Virus record (IMG/VR): IMGVR_UViG_3300044731_002337
Coordinates: 1-64,000 of that record
DNA length: 64,000 nucleotides
Direction: 5' to 3' (one strand)
Part shown: in pieces, positions 10,034 to 22,000 of the stretch
Layout: each line of letters begins with the position of its first letter
Numbering within the stretch: the stretch's first letter is position 1
Notes under the pieces: generated by a model
What the model saw: the letters and a program-made list of their open reading frames with translations, nothing else
The model's database searches: none
What the model was told of the DNA's origin: nothing
Translations under genes and position numbers: made by a program

Positions 10034-13000
10034 TTACTTTGCATGAATGATAAATTTGGTATGTAATTTCTGAATCATTTGTGAGCTTAGTCGTTTGAAT
10101 TGACTTTTAGAATGGGTGATGATGTAGTGGCCCATTTCGCGTCTTGTGTTTTCATCCACGTTGGGGAAATGATGAGAGACTAAATGAGAAATTTTCTGTA
10201 ATGAATCATCCAATAGTCCAGCTGCAAGTTTCATGGCGGTAGTTAAGCGTGTACAAGTAGAATGGGTAGAAAACATTTGTTCAACAGTTCGAATCATATG
10301 GTGAGTAATGAGTTGATCAGTATACTTTGACAGTAATTTCTCAACTTTTTTACGTCGTTTTCTACTGTGGTATAATTCTTCTTCATCAATGTAGTCGTAT
10401 ACATTAGTTTGCTCTAGATTATATTTGGTAATCAGAGTATCATGTATCATGCGTTGAATGATTGTAGTCAAGACATGAGTTGTTTCTTCAGGTAAGGAAT
10501 GCATTACATATTGACAAATTAGTTTTTGTAGTTTGGCATTTACGACAACTCGACCATTCTTACGGTGATATGTGATAGTTTTCTTTTTCTTCTTAGTTTT
10601 CGTCTTTAGTATCATTTCTTGTTCTACTTCAGTTTCAGTAGAGGTTTTGGAGGGTGAGGAAGGACTTGGTTGATAGGGTGGTGAAGGTATGTCATCTGAC
10701 TTGAGATCAGAATTATCAAGATTATCATCAAAGTGATCATCGAAATGTTCATGTGGGATGAATTTGGGGGAAGGTGTAGAGGCCATTTCGTCTGCATGCC
10801 GTGTAAGAATATCTGTGGTAGTATAGGATAGTTTGTTTCCATGAAATCGTTGAAATCGAAATAAAATGGTGTCATGTACTGGTCGTGCATCTAGCCATTT
10901 ATTTACCATTTTACAAAAATGTTTGGGAGAATCGATAAGAGTGATCACATGTTGAAGATCTTGTTTGGTGACTTTCTCTAGATTCAACATACAAGGTAAT
11001 AAATGATTCGATTCAGTAGCTGATGGATGAGGATATAAGAGATGACCTTCTGCATGAAATACTCGATGAAGGGTTGGATGGAGTTTACCCCATAAAGAGT
11101 ATAATTCATCATAATGTATAATAATCATCTTTTGTGGATGTGTAAGTAGAAACATATCAAACCATTTGGCAGGATTGTAACGTATAAATTGTTGGCAATA
11201 GTTGGATACGAATACATGTGGACCTAATGGTGTATCTATACCTGTTTGTTCATTGATTATACCATGGGAATTGATTTGAGTGTATGGATAATTGTTATCG
11301 ACAAACTGATCCGGATTATAAAGTATATCTACCTGTACTTCATTTTCCACTTCGATTTCTCGTTCTTGTTCTTGTTCCTGGTCGAGGATGGTCGAATGGG
11401 CGAGTGAGACTCGGTAACTACCTTGTTTAAGTTTGGTTGCGTAACGTATCAATTGTGTCTTTAAGTATTTTCGATTTGTTTCCATATCTTGCTGTTGTAA
11501 CTTATGCCATTGGTCGGGTAGTTGGTTGTTTGATTTGGGTTGTGTAGATGATAACTCATAAACAATGTGAAGAGAATGTTTATGTTCAGGTAAATGTATT
11601 CCTCGAATGCGATACATGGCTTGTACAACTTGATATTCTCGCATAGATTCATGGGCCATGAGTAATACGCGAAGGCTATGTGGATGTTTGATGTCTGTTC
11701 CTACAATGTGTGCATTATCGAAATAATAGAAATAGTGATGATCCTCATTGTTGAAGCTATTCGAGTTATTGGTGATAGAATAAAGGTGTTGATTTGGGTA
11801 TACCTTAGTCGTGTGTTTTGCATCAACATAGACAATGGGGCGCTTAGTGTGTTTATGTAATAAGTCAAGAACTTGAGAGGGTGTATATTGTTTACAGTAT
11901 CCACACGCATCAATAAATACGTCGTAATGGTGAATTGATGGCCAAATGTGTTGTATAGGTTTGATGTGTGGCGCTTGATCTTGTAGCAGTTTCACCACGT
12001 GACGGTATGAGCTATCACCTGTGACACATGTAATGTTAAGTTCATCACTGGAAGGAATTGCAATGGTTCCAGAAAATGCATATGTGATACATTGTTTTTG
12101 CTTAAGTATATCAACCATGGAGATCGTCTTGACAATATCAGTGTAGCATAGTTTGGGGAATAAACATTCAGATACATAGGCGCAAAGGAGATTTTTATGG
12201 GGTGCCACTAACTCTAGATCGCGACGTCGAGAGATGGTTCGTGTTAGCAGTTGTCGTTGGTCATGAGTGAGTGTCTTGGCGTGACGTAAAGCAATGCATG
12301 TTCCAATATATTTTACATCATTTGACGTGAATTCAGATGTGTCGTGGGGTACATCCATGGCGATATAAGGGACAATAAATAATGAATGATCGCGGAAGCC
12401 ATATTTAACGCGGTAAAGCCATTCATGTTCAATGGTGTGAATACAATGTCGCCAATGTTGAAATAAATACTCATAACCTTGATCACAGTATTGTAATTGA
12501 TCTTTATCCCAATGAGGGTAGTTTTCATGACAGATAATGATTTCGGGTAAGATGTGTTGGAACCAATGCATCATCTTTTCGGATAGCTTGAATGGGCCAT
12601 AACCTAGTCTTTCTTTCACTACTTGATTGTAATCAGATTTACAAGGCATACATACGCTATCATATTCATCGATGATCATCATGTCTGGTGTAAATGCGCC
12701 TGGTTTGTAGAGTAGATATAGTCGTTTGAGGTCAGCATCACTTACGACGTGAATAATGGAGAAACCAGGTCGCCGTGAAAGTTTGGCGGGGTGAAATCCG
12801 GTTCGAATAATAACCCATGGAATTAGTTGAAGGGCCATGACTTTTTGAAGTGCGTCCTTAACTAGGTGGCGTGGTTGGATCACGAGAATGTATATCCCAT
12901 GAGTGGTTAGTTGTGGGGAATGACGAATAGATTCTAGATAGTCTACAATTAAGTAAGGCATGATAATGGAGGATTTTCCCATGCCCATAAGGAGTTGAAT

Positions 13001-16000
13001 AGCACAATTATGTTTGGTCCCAGCATGTCTCTGTAATGCTTGTAGTATCTCGGTTTGATCAGGTCTGGGTTTCAATAGGTATACACGTTCCCAAAATGTA
13101 CGAATGGATTCATGGGGCGAAAAACGTCTCACGTAATGCTGGTCCCAATATGCAATCCAATCATCATAAATTAGACGTTGATCTATTGTATCTTTATTGA
13201 GATAATCCAACATAAATGACCCACTATATAGTAAAGGATTGATAGCGCTTACAACTTCATATACAAAGGGGCTATTTTCATTGAGGTTCATGGATAGAAC
13301 GGTGTATAGGGCAATCATATCTGTGACTGATATATTGATAAACCAGGAAAAGTCTGGTAAAAATTCAAGAATTGCAAAATGAGGGTCAATCACGATCTTG
13401 TCTCGAAGTGATGGGTCATGATGGCGATACATATCAAAACGTTTATGATGAAATAATCTGACTAATAATGCTCTTCTGTTTGGATTATCAGTGTGGAACA
13501 TGAGGCATACACTTGCAGTAGAATCATGACATGACCAGTGAAGTAGAGGATCTTTAATAACTTGATCATAATTCGTGTACCAACCATCATTTGGATTGTT
13601 GAGATGCCATCGATTCTGTATGCGGTACCAGGTATGGGAAGGAAGTTTCTGTTGTACGGAAATAAAACGAGCGGTAACTTGAGGTTCATTCGAAGAGGTA
13701 ACCTGTTGAGTAGATGTATCTTTAGTTTGAATCGAGTATCCATGTTCTCGCCATTGTGATGAATGCAAATCGAAGAATGTAATGAATTCACATACTGGTA
13801 ATGTCTTTTGATACATCCAATGTGATGTTATAGGATCCAAGGTGAGTTCAGGGTTTTCCATTGTAGTGATGGTTTGACCTGATGCTTTTATATGTAAATA
13901 GCGAAAGTGGCTGCTAGCATTACAATAGTTAATCAGTGGTTGGAATAATGTGGCGTCTTGACCTTGTAATGCGTAAATATAATAAATGAAGAGTTCTTTG
14001 TGAAAGGTTGGCGAGGTATTGAGAAATTGTTGGATGATCCAAGGTTCTGGATATTGTGGGTCTCGACATAATAGGAGGGCCAAATAATAATAGGCGAGAT
14101 TATCTTGTATATCAGGTCGAAATACGTGTTGAAGTTGTAATGTGACGCGGTAAGCTACACAGATGCCTAAATACAAGTGTAGATGTTCTGTAGGGATGGT
14201 GTGGTACTGGAGATGCCAAAAATGGTTACGTACCGTTTGGGCGTATTCGTCACGCTGTTGTAGGTTAAGTGTGGTGCAAGGTGAATGACGAAATGAAGTG
14301 ACAATGTCTCGAAATTGAATAGAGGCAAAAGAAAGATTACAGTTTAGGTTACCTTGAACGGGGATCATGATGGGTGATGTGGTAATGGTTTGGGATGGTT
14401 CCAATACAATAAAGTGTTGTATAAATTTGTCGAGCTCCTTCTTGTTTGTGGTGATGGGTTTATGTTTATGATTAATTTGGTTACGTAATTTAAAAGTAAT
14501 GAGTAAAGCGGTGAATGCATCAAGTTCAGAATGGAGTTGTAGTTTATGTTTCACGCTGAGTAGATCAGAAACCTTGGTTCGACTTTGAAAGAGTAGTTTG
14601 AGATATTGGTCTAAGGAGGCGCGTGATACCTTGGACACTACATAATTATACCATAGGAAGCCAAATGTATAATTAATCATACCGAAAATGTCAGTATTAA
14701 GATCTGGCTCGACAATGATTCTTCCTGTCAGGTAATAGGTGAGAAAACTGAACACATATGGAAATTGTTGTGCAGAAATGGTCTCTTTGGTTTGCCAGTA
14801 TAGACATGCTTCTTTACAATATTTAGCATCGATAATAAGTTTGAGATGATTATTGTATTGGTATGGCATTCGAGCGTGATTTAGCCATGGAAAGGTTTCA
14901 AATTCTTGGTTTGGAATCCAGTGAGTGTTGGTTGGAACAGTAAAGTATTCATATGCGGGATAAGAAGTATCTTTGGAATTGATATCATAATAATCAATGT
15001 GGAATGTACGAATTAATTTTTGATAAGTGTTTCGGTCGCATATTGCACCTTCTTTGCAGACGACATGTTGTAGAGCATGACCCATAGATAAGGTTTCGTT
15101 GGAGTCGATTTTGGTTGGTGCTTCGACATGTTTTTTCATGTAATTAAAAAAATCGGTAAAGTAGTGACAAACTTCTTGGAGGTGTTTTTGGTGTTGGGTG
15201 ATGAGCTGGTAGACGACATACCACAAGGTGCAATAAAAAGCGCATGTTCCTCCTAATTGGGGAGAGGCGTAAAGTCGACCTTCATGCCAGGTACATGCCA
15301 TTCTACCCATAGCATAGATGGTATAACGAGTTGGATGTTGTGGGATTTCAGGTGGAACGGTATGAAACTGTTGATACATTTCATCGGTATCATGGAATCG
15401 AATGGACTTGTCACCAGAAATGAGGAATTGTTTTAATTGGTCTTGAGATGGTTTGATGGGTTGTACAACATTGTACATGCCTTCAAGTTCATTATGGAAT
15501 TGTAATCCATCACCACTATTACATACAAACACTTGTTCACCAGGCCGAGTAAAGAGTATTGTTGCATGTCCAATCGTATTAAAAAGACGAACTGATGTAT
15601 ATGTTTCGTCTAATATATGGCAATAACTCTCGATAATTAGTTTATACATGTGCGGATCAGTACGATTAGCTAAAAAATGATAAGTCATCGCTCTGAGAAG
15701 ATCTTTGGTCATGATCTTGGTTTCACTGCCGTTACCATTTACCAATAAGTCTTGTAATGCAACTACATTCGCTAATTCTGATTGATTTAACAATAGACGG
15801 AATCGATTTAATGAGTCATACATTTCTTCGAGTGAAAGCAGCCATGGGAAATGTTCGGTAGGATGTACTTGGTATGCCCAAATATGTACCCCTAATTTGT
15901 TTACCTTTTTCATACTATGAAATTCTTTTATATCGTCATGAAGAATCAAGTTGGCGTAAGTAGTATCTACCATAACATTTACAAAGAATGGATTTTTCCA

Positions 16001-16027
16001 AAAGGTAATGGGGATATTATTTATCAT
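10034..16027 (-). CDS. ~2000-aa DUF3638/DUF3645-like protein: putative N-terminal Cys-peptidase plus SF2-like P-loop NTPase (paralogue 1)
   Basis: QLLMGMGKSSIIMP Walker A, IIDEYD Walker B, EQEQEREIEVENEV; N-terminal GHA..CNSG..QLGGTC. Confidence 0.75.
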   Translation of the reverse strand: MINNIPITFWKNPFFVNVMVDTTYANLILHDDIKEFHSMKKVNKLGVHIWAYQVHPTEHFPWLLSLEEMYDSLNRFRLLLNQSELANVVALQDLLVNGNGSETKIMTKDLLRAMTYHFLANRTDPHMYKLIIESYCHILDETYTSVRLFNTIGHATILFTRPGEQVFVCNSGDGLQFHNELEGMYNVVQPIKPSQDQLKQFLISGDKSIRFHDTDEMYQQFHTVPPEIPQHPTRYTIYAMGRMACTWHEGRLYASPQLGGTCAFYCTLWYVVYQLITQHQKHLQEVCHYFTDFFNYMKKHVEAPTKIDSNETLSMGHALQHVVCKEGAICDRNTYQKLIRTFHIDYYDINSKDTSYPAYEYFTVPTNTHWIPNQEFETFPWLNHARMPYQYNNHLKLIIDAKYCKEACLYWQTKETISAQQFPYVFSFLTYYLTGRIIVEPDLNTDIFGMINYTFGFLWYNYVVSKVSRASLDQYLKLLFQSRTKVSDLLSVKHKLQLHSELDAFTALLITFKLRNQINHKHKPITTNKKELDKFIQHFIVLEPSQTITTSPIMIPVQGNLNCNLSFASIQFRDIVTSFRHSPCTTLNLQQRDEYAQTVRNHFWHLQYHTIPTEHLHLYLGICVAYRVTLQLQHVFRPDIQDNLAYYYLALLLCRDPQYPEPWIIQQFLNTSPTFHKELFIYYIYALQGQDATLFQPLINYCNASSHFRYLHIKASGQTITTMENPELTLDPITSHWMYQKTLPVCEFITFFDLHSSQWREHGYSIQTKDTSTQQVTSSNEPQVTARFISVQQKLPSHTWYRIQNRWHLNNPNDGWYTNYDQVIKDPLLHWSCHDSTASVCLMFHTDNPNRRALLVRLFHHKRFDMYRHHDPSLRDKIVIDPHFAILEFLPDFSWFINISVTDMIALYTVLSMNLNENSPFVYEVVSAINPLLYSGSFMLDYLNKDTIDQRLIYDDWIAYWDQHYVRRFSPHESIRTFWERVYLLKPRPDQTEILQALQRHAGTKHNCAIQLLMGMGKSSIIMPYLIVDYLESIRHSPQLTTHGIYILVIQPRHLVKDALQKVMALQLIPWVIIRTGFHPAKLSRRPGFSIIHVVSDADLKRLYLLYKPGAFTPDMMIIDEYDSVCMPCKSDYNQVVKERLGYGPFKLSEKMMHWFQHILPEIIICHENYPHWDKDQLQYCDQGYEYLFQHWRHCIHTIEHEWLYRVKYGFRDHSLFIVPYIAMDVPHDTSEFTSNDVKYIGTCIALRHAKTLTHDQRQLLTRTISRRRDLELVAPHKNLLCAYVSECLFPKLCYTDIVKTISMVDILKQKQCITYAFSGTIAIPSSDELNITCVTGDSSYRHVVKLLQDQAPHIKPIQHIWPSIHHYDVFIDACGYCKQYTPSQVLDLLHKHTKRPIVYVDAKHTTKVYPNQHLYSITNNSNSFNNEDHHYFYYFDNAHIVGTDIKHPHSLRVLLMAHESMREYQVVQAMYRIRGIHLPEHKHSLHIVYELSSTQPKSNNQLPDQWHKLQQQDMETNRKYLKTQLIRYATKLKQGSYRVSLAHSTILDQEQEQEREIEVENEVQVDILYNPDQFVDNNYPYTQINSHGIINEQTGIDTPLGPHVFVSNYCQQFIRYNPAKWFDMFLLTHPQKMIIIHYDELYSLWGKLHPTLHRVFHAEGHLLYPHPSATESNHLLPCMLNLEKVTKQDLQHVITLIDSPKHFCKMVNKWLDARPVHDTILFRFQRFHGNKLSYTTTDILTRHADEMASTPSPKFIPHEHFDDHFDDNLDNSDLKSDDIPSPPYQPSPSSPSKTSTETEVEQEMILKTKTKKKKKTITYHRKNGRVVVNAKLQKLICQYVMHSLPEETTHVLTTIIQRMIHDTLITKYNLEQTNVYDYIDEEELYHSRKRRKKVEKLLSKYTDQLITHHMIRTVEQMFSTHSTCTRLTTAMKLAAGLLDDSLQKISHLVSHHFPNVDENTRREMGHYIITHSKSQFKRLSSQMIQKLHTKFIIHAK
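13673..13703 (-). repeat. Single in-frame unit of core family 1 inside the 1997-aa CDS
   Basis: GGTAAC-TTGAGGTTCATTCGAAGA-GGTAAC encodes VTSSNEPQVT; not present in the paralogue. Confidence 0.8.
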
Positions 16028-16045
16028 TTTTTTTTTGTTTTTATT

Positions 16046-19000
16046 TTACATAAGAAAACTTTTGATTAGTTTTTGTTTCATAGTAGAACTGAGTCGAGAA
16101 AATAGACAACCACTTTTAGCATGCGTAACTACAAATTTGGCCATATTACGTTTTATGTTATCCTCCACATTGGGGAAATGATGAGAGACTAAATAGAAAG
16201 ATTTTTGTAATGAATCGTCTAGTAGTCCAGCTGCAAGTTTCATGGTGGTTGTTAGACGAGTAAATGTAGAGTGAGAGGAGAACATGTGTTCAATGGTACG
16301 AATCATGTGATGGGTAATAGGTTGATCTGTATATTTCTCTACAAGTTTTTTAACCTTTCTTCTTCGTTTTCGACTTTGAACTAATTCTTCTTCGTCAATG
16401 TATCCATACACATTGGTTTGGTCAAGATTGTATTTGGTCAGTGTAAGATCATGACTCATGTTATGGATGAGTATAGTCGTGACTCGAATAGTTTCTTCAG
16501 GTAGACATTCCAAAACATATTTTCGGATACGTTTTTGCATGGATGGACTGACGACAAGTTGACCGTCAATGCGATGAACTTTGGGTATTCTGGATTTGGG
16601 AATAGTATAGTAATGAGTCAAGTCTGGTTCTGGTTCAGTTTTGGATGATGATGAGGAAGAATTTATAATGATTGGTGAGGCTTTACTTACAATGGGTGGT
16701 ATCATTGTCATGGCAACTTGCGGTAATGTAATTGGTGCTTCCGCTGGTGGTGGTGGTGGTGGTGAAGCAGGTTTGAGGATAGAGGATGATGGATAGATGT
16801 ATTTATGAGTATACTCTTTTGATGTTTGGGAAATGGTATAAAAAAGTCGTTTTCGATCGGCATTCGATGAAAAGAGTATGGTGTGGCTTAAAGGGCGAGA
16901 CATATGACATAGACTTTCCATGTTTTTGAATTCGGAAGGAACAGAAATTTGTTTGGCAATTTCAGTGAGGTGTGTAGAGGTTACACTGGATAAATAAAGC
17001 ATTGTGGCAATCATGGGGTGAAAGGCTTTAGTTGACGCGGTTGGATAGATAAGATGACCTGTAGCATGAAATACCTTGTGTTTGTTAGGTAATAGTTTGC
17101 CCCATAATGTATATAATTCATCATAATGGATAATAATTGATTTAGGATAATGCTCAAGGATAAATAGATCATACCATGTTATATAATTTTCACGAACAAA
17201 TTCTTTACAATATTTGGAAAGAAAAGTATGGGGACCAAATGAAATTTCGTTGGATGAAGCATTGTAGTTGATACGCCCTTGATTATCAATATGGGTATGA
17301 TTTTGGCGAATAACACGTTTGATAGTTAGTTTTACATGATAGGTATCTATTTCTACTTCATTTTCAACTTCTTTTTCATTTTCCTTTTCCTGTTCCAATT
17401 CAAGCATAGATGCTGGTTGATCATTACAATCCTCATGCATTATTTGATAAGACTTTTTAGCAATTTTCTTGTCATTCCTTAGTAGTAATATGTCTAAATA
17501 TTTGGCGTTAGTTTGTATATCTCTGTGTTGAGCATCTCTCCAAATGGTGACTAATGAGTTGTTGGGGGTTAACGATTCGTAAGCGAAAGTAATATCATGT
17601 TCGTTAGTGGGTACATCAATACCTCGAATGCGATACATGGCTTGTACGACTTGATATTCTCGTAATGATTCATGTGTCATGAGTAGAATGCGTAGTTTTC
17701 GAGGATGTTTTATGTCTGTACCTACAATGTGGGTATGATCAAAGAAGTAAAAATATGATTTGGACATATCAAACGTATTCGAGGTTCTGGTTTCAGAATA
17801 CACATGATTTTCTGGGTACACCATAGTAATGTGTTGTGAATTAACATAGACGATAGAGCATTTCACGTGTTCATGAAGCAATTCAATGATTTCCTGTTGT
17901 GAGTGATCTTTGCAATAGCCGCACGCATCAATAAAGACGTTGTAATGTTTGAGGTCAGCCCATAGATTCGTCTTGGGTGAAATGCATCTCATCTTGTGTC
18001 GGTTAGATTCGAGAATGTGTATTACTTTGGAGTAGGATTGATCCTTGGTGACGCAGGTGACATTTAATTGAGGGCTGGAAGGGATGGCTACAGTACCGGA
18101 GAAAGCATAGACGATACCGTGTTTTTGTCGTAATATATCTACCATGGTAATATTATTGACAATGGTACTGTAATGGAGTTGTGGGAATAAACATTCGGAT
18201 GCGTAGGTGCATAAGGGATTATTCTTGTCATCACTAGGTTGAATAATGCGTAATTTGAGGCGTCGATGAGTGGTTGCTTTGAGTAGTCGTTGTTGTTCTC
18301 GAGTGAGGTGACCTTCATGTCGTAGAGCCATACAGGTAGCAATGAAATTGACATCATTGGACGAAAATTCAGAGGATTCATGTGGTATGTCCATGGCAAT
18401 ATAAGGGACAACAAATAAGGAAGCTTTAGGTCCCGTATGTCGAAATCCATACTTGACTCGATAAATCCATTGATGATGAATCGTATGTACACATGTTTTC
18501 CAATGGGTAAATAATCGTTCTTGACCTGGATCACAATATTCGGATTGTTCTGTATCCAGTAAATCATATCGTTGGGTCATGATGATTTGGGGTAATCGAT
18601 GTTGAAACCAATGTAACATTTTGGGGGAAAGTGATGTATTACAACTATAGCCTCTTTGTTCTGCTACCACTTCATTATAGTCTGATTTACAAGGCATACA
18701 GATGCTATCATATTCATCGATGATCATCATATCAGGAATGAATTCATTGGGTTTTAATTTGAGATAGAGTCTCTTGAGATCGGTATCGCTTACTACGTGT
18801 ATGACAACATGGGATTTACGTCGAGTTAAGAGTTGGTCGGTGATGCCATAACGAACAATGACCCAAGGAATAAAGTTGAATGTAATAATTTTCTGTAGGG
18901 CGTCTTTGGTTAGGTGGCGAGGTTGAACGACTACAATGTATAGGCCTTGTTGATGCAGTTGTGGTAATGTGGTGGCATTTTGTAAATAGTTGACGAGTAG

Positions 19001-22000
19001 ATAGGGCATGATGATGGATGATTTTCCCATGCCCATGAGGAGTTGAATTACGCAATTGGGTCCTTTGGCTGCACCTTTCTCTAGTGCTTCTATTACATCC
19101 TTTTGGGCTGGTGTTGGAGTGAGGGGATATATACGCCCCCAAAAAGAGGAAACTGTATCTCGGGGTGTAAAAAGGCGTATATAATGTGTATCCCAATAGG
19201 TAATCCAGTCTTGTGGTAATATTCTCTTTGGGGAGTCCTTATTCAAGTAGTCGATCATGTAGGAGCCGCCATACATAAGTGGATCATAAGCAGAGGCAAC
19301 TTCATAAACTCGATTAGCATTAATGTTATGGTTTTCGGCGAGAATACGGTAAAGAACAACTATGTCCGTGATGGATAAGTCCTTAAACCATGTGTAATCT
19401 GAAGTAAATTCAATGATACCAAAATAAGGGTCAGTATGGATTTGGGATCGATAGGTTTCGTTTTGGTGTATATAGGAATCGTGACAATAGGAGTTGGTAT
19501 AATAGAGTAACAAGCCTCTTCTGGAAGGGTGGCTGGTATGATACATGAGACATATGGATGCGGCTTCAGCGTGACATGACCAGTGTAGTAAAGGATCAGA
19601 AATGACTTGAGAATAGTTGGTGAACCATCCTTCAGTGGGGTGATGTAAATGCCATTGTTGAGGTGTCACACTATACCAATTATGAGAAGGAATGCTTGGA
19701 GTAGTGGATCTATATCTCACAATACTGACATTATTTTTTTGGGTTCTTATCATGTATCCATACTTACAAAAGGGATCTTCTGGGAAACGAAAGAAGCTAT
19801 TTAATGGTTCGACTTTATCCCCATCATAGAACCATGTTCGAGTATTTTTGACTAATTGGAGAAGTGGTTCCTCAACCGTCGAGGTAGCGTCAGACGTCAT
19901 ATGTAGTTTTCGAAAAGCTGAGCTACATGAACACTGTTGCCATAATAATGTGATGGAGGATGATTTGCGAGTAGCATACAAATAGTATAAATAAATCTCT
20001 TGGGACTTGTTACGTGGGAGTGTTAAACGAATAAACTGGTCCATTATCCATTCTTCTGTATATTGTTTATCATCTCGACATAAAAGTAATGCTAGATAAT
20101 AATAGGGCAATGTAGAAAGAGGCAATTGCTTGTGTAGATTAGGGATGAGTACGTTGGATAATTGTAGTGTGACATTATAGGCTATACAGATACCCATATA
20201 AAGGTGGAGGTTGGATTCAGGGATATCATGAAATTTTAGATATTCAAAATGGTGACGAACACAGGACATTTCGATATCTTGTTGTTCTTTGGGTAGTAAC
20301 ACAACTTGACCGAATTCTATGCTTACCATTTTGGTGTTAAACTTCATGTCACCATATACGGGTATCAGTAAAGGAGAGAATTCAGTAACTTGTGTCGTCG
20401 GTGAAGCTTTATATTGGGACAGTAGTTTGCCAATGTCTTCATTTTTCACTAGAGGAGGAATAAACATATTGTTATAGCCTAATTGTTGATGTAACTTGCC
20501 AGCAATAACGAATGTGGCAAAAGTATCATGGTACAATTTTAGTTGTAACTTAACTGATGCATCGATAATATCTTCTTTGTTGACATCATTCCTCAAAATA
20601 TCACTTATGATATTGGTAACGAGAACAGTCCCCACTTTTGAGGTAATGTAATTATGCCACAGGCTACCGAAAGTGAGGTGTAACATTCTGAATAAGTCCG
20701 CCTGATGTGAACTAAGGGCCATAGCCATACTCGTGCAAAAATAACGTAAAAAACGCAACACTAAAGGAAATTGGGTGTCTGTAATCATCGATTTAGATTG
20801 CCAATGATGACATGCTTGTTTCACATATAATCCATTCATCAGTAATCGTAAGTCAGCTCCCATTCGTAATCTGGAATCTTCATGGTGAAACAGCCATGCA
20901 AATGTTTCGAATTCATTTGTTTGATCCCAGATTTGATCAAGACCTAACTTGGGATCTTCCCTAATTAAGTAATCTGTCTTGGTCAAGTTATGTCCATATA
21001 TCCTTCTATGATAATCGAGAACTAGCTTGTCATAGGTTTTATCACATTGTCGATTCTCTTTGCATAGTACATGTTGTAATGTGTACCCTTTGGAAGCAAT
21101 TGGGGTAGAAACAACTTGAATGGGTGATGCAACATGTTGTCTCATGTATTTTAAAAATTCCTCTATATACAACCCAATTTTTACTGCGCCGTGTTGACTG
21201 GTAGTAAGTAAACGGTATACGAGCAACCACACATTACAATAAAACGTACATGTGCCACCCAACTGTGGACTAGCATAAAGACATTGAGCGTCTTGATGAT
21301 AAGAGAAAATCATACGCGACATGCTGTACACGGTATATTTCTTAGTGGTAGCTGGTGGTGGTGGGGATACTAAATTAAGTTGTTCATAAATATCATCTAC
21401 TCTAGAAAAACTTATGGTTTTGGTGTTTTTACGTACAAGTGACATGAATTCATGATCTGGAATAATTTCTTGAATGACATTGTACATAGACTCGAAAGTA
21501 GCATGATTTTGTAGTCCACTTCCACTATTACTAATAAACCATTTCCTATTTTTCTCATCATGGAATAACAGCATAGCATGACCAGATGAATTCAATTCTC
21601 GTACTTTCATTTCATTAGGGTCCAATACTTCCAATAAGAATAACATAATATGAAAATACATTTGATGATCTGTATCTGCTTCATTTCCTCCCATCATCCC
21701 AAAGTCATGTAAATGGCGCATTGTCATGGCGTGAATCAATTCTTTGGCCATGCGTGCAGTTGTACTTCCGACATTAGGTTTGATTAATTCCTCCATAGCA
21801 ACAATATGGGCTAATTCGGAATCATTAAGTCGCAATTTATAGTTATCAATTCTTTTGATAATCTCTTTTTCAGAAATTTGCCAGGGAAGTCGTTTCTTAG
21901 GGTAATGTAGATGAGCCCATACAAATAATAGTAATGGAGTTTGTTCATTTGTTTTATAAACTTCTAGACTTGAAAGATCATGGCGTAATACATTCATTGC

